From Lenisia limosa (Eukaryota; Protista; Breviatea): 64,000 nucleotides of DNA. The notes under the pieces were generated by a model, which was not told the DNA's origin, did no database searches, and worked only from the letters and a program-made list of their open reading frames with translations. The stretch is from assembly GCA_001655205.1 (NCBI GenBank), contig LPNZ01007335.1, forward strand, positions 4,189 to 68,188. The letters run 5' to 3'. Each line of letters opens with the position of its first letter. Position 1 is the first letter of the stretch. Shown piece by piece: positions 13,201 through 23,962 of this stretch. Both the position numbers and the translations under genes were made by a program.

Positions 13201-15002
13201 CGCTGCAAAAGTCACAACTCAGCAAAATTATGTATGGGATCATCAAATATTATTACCACTAACTGCGGAACCCCTTGTTGAAGATTCAATTGTGAAAGAC
13301 TTGAAAATGGCAACTCCAAACTCGTCCACTTCGGCAGTCATTGGCGAAAACGTTGCTACAATTGTGATGAGAACTACTTGATAGTACCAAAACGCTCAAT
13401 TCCTTTCAAAATATTTAAATAAATTTATTCACCTCGTTTTCGAACCAGCAATCAGCCTGATTCAATGAAATAGTATACTTACCGTTTACGTTACCACTGT
13501 GGTACGAGGCAATTGTTGAAGATAAATCTGAAAGGTTGGAACAACAACAAGGGATACTCACCTCCTCCATCCACCACAGCATGTACAACACGCCCCTTCA
13601 AATTGTCGGCTCCGATCCGCAAGGACCCGACATTGAGCCGATAGCTTCCGATTGGTGTTCCCACCACTGCACGAACTGGCGGCGGGGCTGCCCCCATATA
13701 CTCCACTGTCATTTGGTTGACATGCTCAGCTGGGAATTAAGCAATGTAGGTTTCACATTGTAAATGGTTCATGCAAATCTGGATGCTCAACATACTGATG
13801 GTGATATGCATGGAGGTTCCAACGTTAACGCCACCGGAATTCGTGGTGTTAAACATCAAAATATAGGCTCCAGGCAAAACAGTTGATGTAATCAAATTCG
13901 AAAATTCAACTGTCTGAAAGCAGTAAAAAAACAAGGCAATGAGTCTGAGTCCTTATCCCTGTATGTCAAATGACAGTAAACGGCCGTGAAAATGACAAGG
14001 TTGAAAGTGAACCCACGCCGTCCTCCAAAGTGGTGTTCATAGTGCAGCCGGATAATGTCGGACCACATGACCGCGCGTTTTGTGTTGCATATTGCGAAGG
14101 AGGGTCGTAAGCTATAAGGTAAGTAAGCGCAGAAATGTTTCATTGATCATCATGTCGCAATACAAACCATAGTGGTTGGTTCCTTGAGGCAGGATATGAC
14201 TGCACCTGGCTGATGCTTCAGATGAAGTGAATGACAGGGCTTCCAAACGACCTGATATGAAAACTCCCGACTGTGGCGTACCAGCAGCATTACGAGCAAT
14301 AAGCTGGACCATGAAATGAGGTTAAGGTCACAATTCATTTTGGGGATTGGATATGAGGGAATCCAAATATCTAATAATATTCTTGTATGAAAAGAATAAG
14401 ATACCCAACATGACCCACAATGCCACATAAACCAACCAAAATAGGCAATCCATTGAGACCATGGATGGTGGACCCTGCCTCCACGCTCAGAGGTGGTGGA
14501 TGCATGAGTAAGATCTAAACAATAAAACGGTCACATTTCCAACAACCACATTACCTCTGAAACCAATGTTGACCCTGATGTTCTGTTGGGATCAACTATT
14601 GCCAATGGAAGAAGAACTAAAGTGTCAGATTAGCGAGACTCTCACTTCCAATCGCTATTGCAAACGGCAGGATAAAGAGAAGAACGGCCAGAGACCTTGA
14701 GATAAATTGGTCGCTCACAAGGTCAAAAAAAGGCTGGATATATGTCAGAGAAAGCAGAAAAGCTGTCAAAACTGAACGGAATGGTTGCATACCTGTTGTC
14801 TATGATCAACTGGTAGGTTCAAAAGAGAGGCTTCCACTGACTCTCTCGAGTCCTGTGGACGCGGCTTTTTGTCCAAAAGATGCTCAACTTCACTAAACTG
14901 TACATATGCTTCCTGGCTTTCTTCTGGGGTGAAAGATGAGACAGGTGCCGAGTCGTCTAAAAGACAATCCCCAATGGCTGAAGAATCAATTGTATGGCTC
15001 AT
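4289..15002 (-). CDS. Giant STRA6-like (RBP-receptor family) multi-pass membrane protein with very large repeat-built ectodomain
   Basis: Minus-strand exon chain: N-terminus MSHTIDSS..., then a TM helix (SLAVLLFILPFAIAIGILLPLAIV), a long beta-rich region with recurring modules, and multiple TM helices at ~4800-7200. The C-terminus reads FSSFGALCVMHHRYHNPIMRVFIGLL...ANPRARLVRNR|WLKAMTLVRNPSL (intron 4380-4506), matching the STRA6 'HP/NP' and 'RARxxWxLxYTLxxNPSL' motifs. Stop TAG at 4289-4291. Not every internal exon was traced. Confidence 0.8.
7486..7791. repeat. 21-bp minisatellite (AGCAGCATAGCCCCTTACGAG) inside an intron of the STRA6-like gene; spans an N-gap
   Basis: At least 5 near-identical 21-bp units are visible before the gap. 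Both terminal units carry a 4-bp insertion (CATAGTGAGCCCC). It lies upstream of the minus-strand branch/acceptor CTAACTTGTCTAG. Confidence 0.95.
11484..11527 (-). repeat. 27-bp-period direct repeat duplicating a 5' splice site
   Basis: CCCAGCCACATACTTTA occurs at 11484 and 11511; on the minus strand each copy reads AAA|GTATGTGGCTGGG. Confidence 0.85.
11844..11931. repeat. Imperfect ~50-bp tandem duplication (likely intronic)
   Basis: AAACCTATCATGT(C)ATAAC(T/C)GGC...TGCAAAAAAG(G/C)TATC occurs at 11844 and 11894. Confidence 0.8.
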
Positions 15003-15327
15003 TGTCTCATTACACTATTATTATTGCTGTCATATCAAATTCTTTCTGCTCTCACTAGTGTCTCACTACCAGTTCAAGTTGCAAGTTCATGAATCGTGTG
15101 AGGGAGGGCAAAGATGTATTATGGATATGATATATTTTCAAGTTAGGATTGAAGGGCTAGCGTGGGGCCTGCGTGGGGTTTGGCGTGGGGGCCTAGCAGG
15201 CTTTGTGGGCGTAATGTGGGCTTTTTTTGGGCTTTTTAGTTTGGGCCTTGCTTGAACTTGATCCCCGCCGCCGGAGGTAAAAAAAACAATTTTTTTTTAA
15301 AAAAAATCCTCTTGTCAGATTCTCAAA
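15003..15327. promoter_or_regulatory. Divergent promoter region between STRA6-like and FET genes with triple GCGTGGGG motif
   Basis: Head-to-head ATGs at 15002 (-) and 15328 (+); three GCGTGGGG copies within ~15159-15191. Confidence 0.55.
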
Positions 15328-16773
15328 ATGAGTTCTGAGTACGCAGAGTATGATTCCTGGGCCTTTTATGATTTCTTATTTTTAGGATTGATCAAGTCTT
15401 TATCTCCGGAATCCCTGATGATTGTAATGAGCAAGATGTTGCTGACCTCTTTGGACAAATTGGACTTGTGAAGGTAGTATTAACGAAATGAAATCAGGAT
15501 TGACTTTTTATTAGGAAAATAGGAAAACACGTGGTCCCGAAGTGTATTTCTACAAGGATAAAGAAACTGGACGAAGAAAGGGAGAGGCAACTCTCACATA
15601 CGTTGATCCTGAAACTTCATCTACTGCTGTTGAGTTCTTTAATGGTAAATATTAAGCCTTATTTTCCATTTTGCTTATTTGAAATAGGTGCTGAGTTAAA
15701 AGGAAAGAAGATCACTGTTGTTCTTGCTGAGCCTCGCAAAATCCCTCCCCGTATGACAAGTGGAAATTATTTCAATAAACAACTCTATCTACATACTGTA
15801 AGGGGGTATTTGGACTTTCCCCTTGTCCTTTGTGTTTCTCAAGATCAAGTGTTTGCCGTGGGGCTAGGGCCATTAATACCCTTTCTATCGATATGTTCTG
15901 AAGTTTTACTGTTTCAGAAAGCCAATGGAAGGGCCGCGGTGGTGGAGGAGGAGGAGGATTTGCCCCCGCTCCCGCTGGAGGCAAACCTGGTGACTGGTCT
16001 TGCCCGAACTGTAACAATCTCAACTTCAAGTGGGGTAACTTTCCTTGACCCTTTGTTGAGAAAATCATTTTGTGGCTTATGTTTTGATCCTGGGTTCACA
16101 AAGTAGATTTCGTGTGAAGTGCCAGAAATGTGACACCCCGAAGCCCGGAGCAGGCATGAACGCTGGTGGAGCAGCCTCGCAAGCCGCTGCTGCTGCCGGC
16201 ATGGGCTTCGGCCATGACAAGGACCAGGGTGGTGCTGACTGGACTTGCCCTAATGCTACGTGAGGGGAGGGGGGGTGCAGATTCTTGTTCAAGATCAGTG
16301 CTGACCATATAGTTGCATGAATACCAACTGGGCCAGACGCAGCAAATGCAACATGTGTGGAGAGGCCAAGCCCCAGACCTATGGTGGTGACGCAGGTGCC
16401 AGTGATGGTGGGTGGCAGTCAGGCCTTCGCAGACGATATTGCTTCATTGACCCTTTAGGTCGTGGACCCCCCCGAGCCCCCCAGGGTGACGACAGACGCG
16501 GCGGCTACGGCGGAAGNNNNNNNNNNNNNNNNNNNNNNNNNNNNNNNNNNNNNNNNNNNNNNNNNNNNNNNNNNNNNNNNNNNNNNNNNNNNNCGTGGAG
16601 GCGGTGGCAGTTATGGCGGCGGAAGAGATCAGGGAGGTTACGGAGGCGGAAGAGATGGAGGTCAAGGAGGCTATGGGGGTGGAAGAAGGGACCAGGGAAG
16701 AGACCAAGGCTATGGTGGCGGAAGGGACTATAACCGTGGCGGTGGACGTGATGGTTATGACCGCCGACGCTAG
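15328..16773 (+). CDS. TAF15: FET-family (TAF15/EWS/FUS-like) RNA-binding protein: RRM + 2 RanBP2 zinc fingers + RGG/GY tail
   Basis: RRM: QVFISGIPDD...LFGQIGLVK...YKDKETGRRKGEATLTYVDP...AVEFFNG. ZnF1 GDWSCPNCNNLNF..RVKCQKC; ZnF2 DWTCPNATCMNTNWARRSKCNMC. GGYGGGRD repeats run to TAG 16771-16773. Confidence 0.9.
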
Positions 16774-17049
16774 AGAGTTGGTTTCTTGTTTCTTTTTTTG
16801 TTCTTGTGTACGGTGTGCCTGTATCTGATGTATTTGTCTTCTATTAAGCTTGTCTTTCAAATATGTGCAATCAATGCTAGGTGATAGGTGTATTTTTTTA
16901 CGAATATAATATAGCTCTACTATATATACACCTCCATGTGTGACCCTCAAATACATATCATATATACTATACATCGTAAAATTATTACACCATATCATAA
17001 ACAAATACAAGCAGATCAGAATAAAAACAAAAAAGACAGAGATAGGTAC

Positions 17050-20000
17050 CTAGATTTCATTATAGAACCAGTTGTCGTCGAAGGGGATGATGGGGACACG
17101 GCTTGTGTTCATGCCTCTTGACGCTTGGCTTCGGAAGTCGGCGGCAGAGGTCAGTCGCGACTTCCGCATTTGCATGGCAGTTCCGGGCTGTGACGTCATC
17201 AAGGGCCAACAAAAAAAAAAAAAAAAAAAANNNNNNNNNNNNNNNNNNNNNNNNNNNNNNNNNNNNNNNNNNNNNNNNNNNNNNNNNNNNNNNNNNNNNN
17301 NNNNNNATAGGCCCTCTTGTCCAAAAGCTCACTATTGGGCAAAGTGAGGAAAAGATTTTGGCCAGTATATCAATTCGACTAAATGGAAGTGGGGATGCCA
17401 GGCTAAAAAAATAAATCAAATTCCTCACATAATCAAGCAAATCGTCCCCTCCAACCATCCTCTCATCATATTTTGCAAATAGATCTCGTTCAGATGGGAA
17501 TTCATCACTATTGGGGTGAGGAGACTGAGATATGGCAGATTGTAAGACCCCCTCTCACAAGACTTCGGAAGGGTTATCTTGAAAATGTCAAAGGGGATGA
17601 CCATGTCATTGTGGCCCTCTTTTTGCTCTATTCCCTAGACAGGTAATGGGGAGGGGGAGGGGGTCTCACCTTGAGATGGAGCTGGAGGGGCACTTCAGGA
17701 GGCAAGGCTTCGGATATGGTTGAGTCCACAAGAATGCCACTTTGGAGCCCTTGAGATTTTTGCATGACTGATACTGTGGAGGGTGACAAATAAACGAAAG
17801 AAGAAAGGCCTTACATGTCGAGAAAACTCCTGTTTTATGAAGAGAATTGGCCAAGATGAAAGTGGGGATATGGCGTCCAAATACAGCAGCAACACAGGAA
17901 CCTGGGTATAATACAACTTACACTATCAAATCAAAAGAGAATAATAAATTAATCATTGCATTTATTGCTGGAGCATCATACAATGTTCAAGACACATTCT
18001 GACATTTTGGAGTCAAATATTACTGACAATTATCAATACAAGTAATGCACATAATAACCATTTGATGAAAGCTCACCCGAAGCAATTGAAATACTACACG
18101 TGATGGACCGGTGGGTTGCCTTCCAGAAGTAGAACTGAAACTGGCCTATTGCGTGGAACAAATGGATACAAGCATCTGAATGATGAGATTCAATCTTCTG
18201 ACATAGCCTCACCAAATCTACCCATCATACCAACAACAGAGAGAGAATCACTATTGGTTTCTGGGAGTCCTCCAACGATTTCGTAGCCTACATGCAATGA
18301 AACACATGCTTGAGTATGAATTGATGTTTGCACTGAATAATACTAGAAAGTAGAAAAGATTGATGTCATTCTGCCTTTCATTTTGAATCAGGGACGACGA
18401 TTCCCTCCGAACCATTGGTGATCGGAGACGGATGAAGGTACAGAAAACTGGTGACGTATTGAACAGAATCGACAATGCACGAAAGAAACGCAAATACCTG
18501 AGAATAAAAGTAAGAACAATTTTGTACAAGACGTTGCTCACCAAGACAGGGGAAAGGAATTCAATGTTTTCGAGAGCATTGTATTCAAGCTAAAAAAGCA
18601 ATAACCAGAGAGTGACTGCCATTTCAAAAGTCCGAAGTAGCCCCCCCCCCCTACTCTCGCCACAGTGATATTTCGGAAGTAGTTGATTTGGTTGTACCCG
18701 TTCTGGGGCTTCTTGACACAGCGTTTGATGAGGTACAGAGGATAGAAGTGAATAAACTGATCGGTTAGTTGGTGGTGATAGGGGTGTGGAAATACCATAT
18801 CAACGGATTCGTTGTAGAGAATAGACATTGGAACTGTTACGACGTAAGCAAGTCGCCACGCAGCATCGATTGTATACGCCGCAGTCATGCAGAGAATCGT
18901 CAAGAGGACAGAGAAAGTGACTATAATATTTAGTAAGAATTGTCAATAAGAGCCTAGCCAGATAGAGTAGGACCAACTGAGGGAGACCAGATGTGCAGTC
19001 GAGCATGAGAGGAAGTAGTACATCAGTACAGATATCACGAAACATAGTGTCGGTAGAATGATGTACACCATCCACCTAAAAAAAAAACGTGAAACCAAGG
19101 AGTAAAGTAAATGCAATAACATAACCAATACACTCACCAGAGTTGAAAATAGACAACAAAAGCGACAGATGCAACAGTAATGAAACTAAAAGGATCTGTG
19201 CAATACATCTGAAGCAATTAGTGACCAAAGCATGTGGTCATCGGGTTTGAAAAACAAAGCAGAATCCTACTTCATCAGTCGTGTCTGTGTTGATGCTATA
19301 CATGTACAAAATTGTGTTTAGAATCATCAAAAGCGGCGGCAACGTTGGTTCAATAAAACTGACAATTGCACGAGGCGGAAATTCACTCAACACAATGAAG
19401 ATGGTCAATGCAACCGACACAAAGAGTGAGAGCAAAAGTGCTAAATAGTAACACCATGGTATTTGGTCCTTACAGTAGAGTAAGAATGAAGAAAAGCCGT
19501 AACGGATAACCATAAGCGTGAAGAGGCAGTAGCAAGCAATCTAAATATGATTTTTGCGATTGCGACGGGAAAAAAAATACACCGTACTCGGAAAATAAAA
19601 GATATCATGTGTTGCTGAATCAAGGATCAAAAACCATACCTTCCACCATTTGATATATCGAATTCGAGCGGCCTGATAATTATACTCAATAAAGGGGTCG
19701 GAGAATGGCCAAAACGCGGGAGGAGTGATCTTAGGGGATAAGATTAGACAACAACTGGCCTACCAGGACCATTGATGATAGATCTTTCAGCTCTGACGGA
19801 GGGGAAAAGCCTATTGTCAGTCAATAGCTGACAAGTACTAACCGTCAGGGTTTTCCTTTGTTTCACCTTTGGATTCTTGATCTACATCATCCATGGATCC
19901 AGTTACTTCAGAGTGACAAGACGGAAGTGTGCCAGCCACCATCGCTCGGAAAACCTGTCAACATAATATCTCTATTGAAATGTACAATGTGTCTTAATGA

Positions 20001-23000
20001 TGATATGAATATGTATGTTGCTCCACATTCACTCACTTGGTCTGTAATAAAGGAGTCACAGGCAGAAATGATGGATTCCGTCTCTAAACAGTTATGAAGT
20101 TGTAAAAAATAATAACAGATCCACGAGTATTTTACTTGTCTTCTTGGGTGTAATGAGCCCATTTAATAAACGCCACTCCCTCGAACCAGTTGACAGACCA
20201 AGCTACACGGTCAGATAAGACAAAGAAAGCAGAAAGATATCTTTGTGTGGATTCCAAACCTTCTTAGCGGTCAAGTGAAACGAATCTCGGCTTTGCAAAA
20301 GTGAGAACAGTACCCATATTATAGTAAAAGAAAATAGAAATGCTCAAAAAAGGTCAAAAGTCCAGACACATACCCTTGGCTTTGTGAAGGTGAAGTTGGC
20401 GGTACCTGAGTGTAAGAAATAGAGTGAGAATTGAACAAAAAAAAAAAAAGAAGTCAAGAACCTACTTCGATAGGTGCAGAATCGGGAAGCTTTACATCCA
20501 AAAAGTGCCTGTAAAATTAGATTAATACCCAAACCAACATTAGATTCATGAAGTCAAAAGTAGAATGTTAAAAAATAATGAGAAAAAAATTTGGACTTTT
20601 AAACATAAAAGGTCTCAATGAGAAAGATCTGCCAACCCTTCGTGTCTGCCACTCGGTTCCTTGGACAACTCTGACTGATTTGGAGTACTTTTGGCTGGAA
20701 CTTCTGACTGCTGTTTCTCAGAGGACAGTTCAGACTTGTTCCTTTGAAAGGATTCGTCGGATACCTTTCGACTGATCGACATATCAAGAACCGGTTCCTC
20801 CAGATATCGTGGGCCTTCCCTCTCAATAGCCTCAAGATACTCCATGTCAATACCCTCATCAACTATCACTTTTATGTTTTCTTCAGTAGTATCACTGGAT
20901 TCGCTTTCACTTGATGCATCGATTTCGATGTACTTGAGGGGTACCATGAGCCCTGAAGAAGCAGAGCGGGAAATGGGAGAGGGTCTGGGTGTAGAATCAT
21001 CGTCTTTGTTGGTCTCGTTAACAGAAAGTGGGCAAGGCCTGAGGGGGAGAGGGGGAGACACTCCAATCTGTTGATTCTCTTTACGAGGTTGAATGAGAAA
21101 GGCCCTTGCCTGATTGTTGTTGATGACCATGTGCCCTAAACAGTCAAAGATGGCCGTTTCACAGATACCACACCAATCCGACCTACCAGCAACAAATATA
21201 TTCACAGTGTGCATTTTGAGGATGCCAGCACAGAATTGCTGATTGGCAATAATGTAACCTCTGGCTCCGTGATGCAAAAGTCTGCGTTTGGTAAGGGCAA
21301 CGAGGGAACTGAAGCCAAAATAATTTGCCTTTCATAATTATTTCTTCATAAGTAGCGGACTCACGATATTGCCAAATAACCTCAGTTACAAATATTCTTC
21401 CTTACCTTGGTCCCAATGTGAAGATCTCGCCACCAAAGACCGGCCGAGCTGCAAGACTCCCTACTACTCCAACTGAAGGTGTCAACTCGATGAACATGCA
21501 TTGGTAATTTGTGATAGAAAAAGACATCCCCACAAACTGACTGAACTTCCGGTAATACTGGATATGATCAAGTTTGGGAGAACATCCAAAAGGTCAAGAA
21601 GGAACTAAACTGTCATATCCATAAATGTGATTAGTGAGTAAAATAAGTGAATCTCACATTGAGCATTGGTGAGACAGTATCTTCAAGAGATTGGTCTAAA
21701 CCGCAGCCAAAGCCAAAGCTGTATAATTACATGGGGAAGAGGTTCAAGAGAATCCTATGTAAACCATCATTAGCTTACACTTCATGGGATGACCCGCACG
21801 AAATTACTAAGGGGTGGTTGGACTTTACCTAGAGCATGATTGATTAGTATAGATATAATATAGAGATGAGAAATAAAACAAGGTTGAATCTTACTGAGTG
21901 CCTGTATCAAGTACATTATACATATTGGTGTAAATATAATACTATGTACTTACATGTTTTTTTTGCAGTAAAAATCGTATCATATTAATAGTAATTGATA
22001 AAAGTAGAGAGTATAATTTGTTGTTATTACATATATGACTGCCCACCTCTTCAACAGTTTCAAAGCAGTTCTTAAAGTAAGCAAGACGCCGATTGATCTG
22101 TAAAATCACATATTTAAGAATGCTTCATCTTTGAAGAAGGAGTTTAGCCTACCGCATCTTTTGAGATAAGTTTGGAAGTTGTTGGAATAGATACAAACGC
22201 CGAAGTAGCCCTTGTGATTGGTGATGAGCCGGTTAAGTTTTTCTAGATTGAGATGAAACATCACTACTGTTAGTAATCACAAACCGTGAAGAGAAGCTTA
22301 GCTAAGGGTTTTGGAAAGATGTTATTGATCACATCAGGTACATGATTAATCTGATCATTCGCCTAGTGGATGAACACATTAAAATAAAGCGGAGAAAAAG
22401 GGACTACTACTCACCATAAGCGCAAGAGAGACGGACGTTTTGATGCCTTCAACTCTTGACATTCGAGCAATTGTCGTAGTGATATAGATGTTGCTCATCT
22501 ATGATCGTGAGTATTTAGGATCAATAATTGCTATGACCCAAAAAAAACTTACTCTAATAAACATTGATAGTAGAGTTGCATAAAGAGAACCGCTGTAGTC
22601 CATCGTCACTACAACAGAAACAGGCTAAGGGATGAGAACCAACAAGAGAAGGTTGCCTACATAAAGGGTGAACATGAAGTGGTGTGAGGCGTTGACACCA
22701 GGACTAAAAGCCACGAAGATTATGAAGAGAAAATGGCACGAATTCCAAATGGTTGAATCAATAGTGGCTTCTTTCGCAGTGAAGCCAGTACAAATCAGGA
22801 GAAGTAACTACGTGGTCAAACAGGATTGTTGGACAGAACATGGAAGAAGTAGCCCACCAAAATAAACCAAAGGAAATGGATCACCCATTGTTTGACTGTC
22901 TTGGAGATGAATATTGTTATTAGCAAGCACAGGCAGATGGAGATCAGCGCAGGGAGAAGTGAAGATACCTGGTGGGTTAGAACAGAAACAAGGACAGAGT

Positions 23001-23302
23001 TGAATCTTTTGAGACTGAACTAATATCTACAGATAAATGAAAAATAAACGAAAGAGAAAGCGGAGGAAGGGGGGTTAAGGAGTAGATGGGACCATCCTCT
23101 TTACCTGAACGCCAGCAACGTAGTATTCAAAGAAGACTAGGAACGAAAATATGAAAACAAAGCGGTACGCAGTCTCGTGGACTTCTTTAATCCGCATTGA
23201 CGGGAGCACATACTTGTGGGCAGCAACTACGTTGGAAAAAGAGAACAAAACGGCCTCAATTGAAATATCATCACTAATAAACAGCTGTTTCAACGTCCTC
23301 AT
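17050..23302 (-). CDS. 12-TM class III adenylyl/guanylyl-cyclase-like protein, both cyclase domains degenerate (pseudo-cyclase)
   Basis: TM bundle 1 (~23300-22400); helix DVINNIFPKPLAKLL; C1 with TRATSAFVSIP, ITGSSVIGVVG, IFTLGPSSLVAL..HGARGYII; Ser-rich linker; TM bundle 2 (PFSDPFIEYNY..., ~19700-18850); C2 with VDMVFPHP, NITVARLEYNAL, LSPVLVFAFL, PGSCVAAVFGRHIPTF, SGILVDSTISEAL, HLKG. A phase-consistent exon chain reaches TAG at 17050-17052. Both gene ends are uncertain. Confidence 0.75.
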
Positions 23303-23962
23303 TGTGGCAAAATGATGACAGGATGTGCTACATTGTTTGCTCAAGTGAGACAGCTGTTTCTTCTGACTCTCTCTAACCTGAGTTCTAACTCAACAACTCA
23401 ACAAGCATGTGTTAACTTTTCGCAGTAAAAATAAAACAAGATCCTATTTCCGAATTCCGAGGTATCCGAGGGTCGAGAAATGATGACGTGTTTTGCCCAA
23501 GGTCAAAAACAAAAACAATCACAAATTAATCAACTAAAACGACACACACAGCAACACACAGTCCCTGCAGTATCCTGAGAGAGTGACAGTGTCTGCACGC
23601 AAATCTATCTGTTCATATCCTCTCTTCCCCTCGTCCCCCCCCCCCCCNNNNNNNNNNNNNNNNNNNNNNNNNNNNNNNNNNNNNNNNNNNNNNNNNNNNN
23701 NNNNNNNNNNNNNNNNNNNNNNNNNNNNNNNNNNNNACTACAAGAGAATTTCCCACCTATCCTCACACACACCAATTGTGAAGAAGAAAGTGCTTTTGAT
23801 TTGGAAGACCATGAGGATTTGTATGACAGTGTCAGCAGCTGTGGGACGGAAGAGTATGGAGGAAAGGGGGATTACTTTGTTGTTTTATTGTTCAAATATA
23901 AATTTCCTGTAACACAAAATAGTTCCAATAACAGTTTCTGAAGGGTTGATGCTATAGATACG

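Noticed and set aside
13475-13483. U1 snRNA 5' end (ATACTTACC)
   Set aside because: It is the reverse complement of a minus-strand donor (G|GTAAGTAT), with no U1 stem-loops or Sm site following.
4300-15100. Large transposon or endogenous virus insertion (long stretch with no recognisable ORFs)
   Set aside because: It resolves into one minus-strand spliced gene with host-style introns. No transposase, integrase, RT or capsid motifs and no terminal repeats were seen.
20615-21480. Histidine-kinase/PAS domain
   Set aside because: No H-box or N/G1/F/G2 boxes; the G-x-V-x-G-V-V-G and flanking elements align with a class III cyclase fold.
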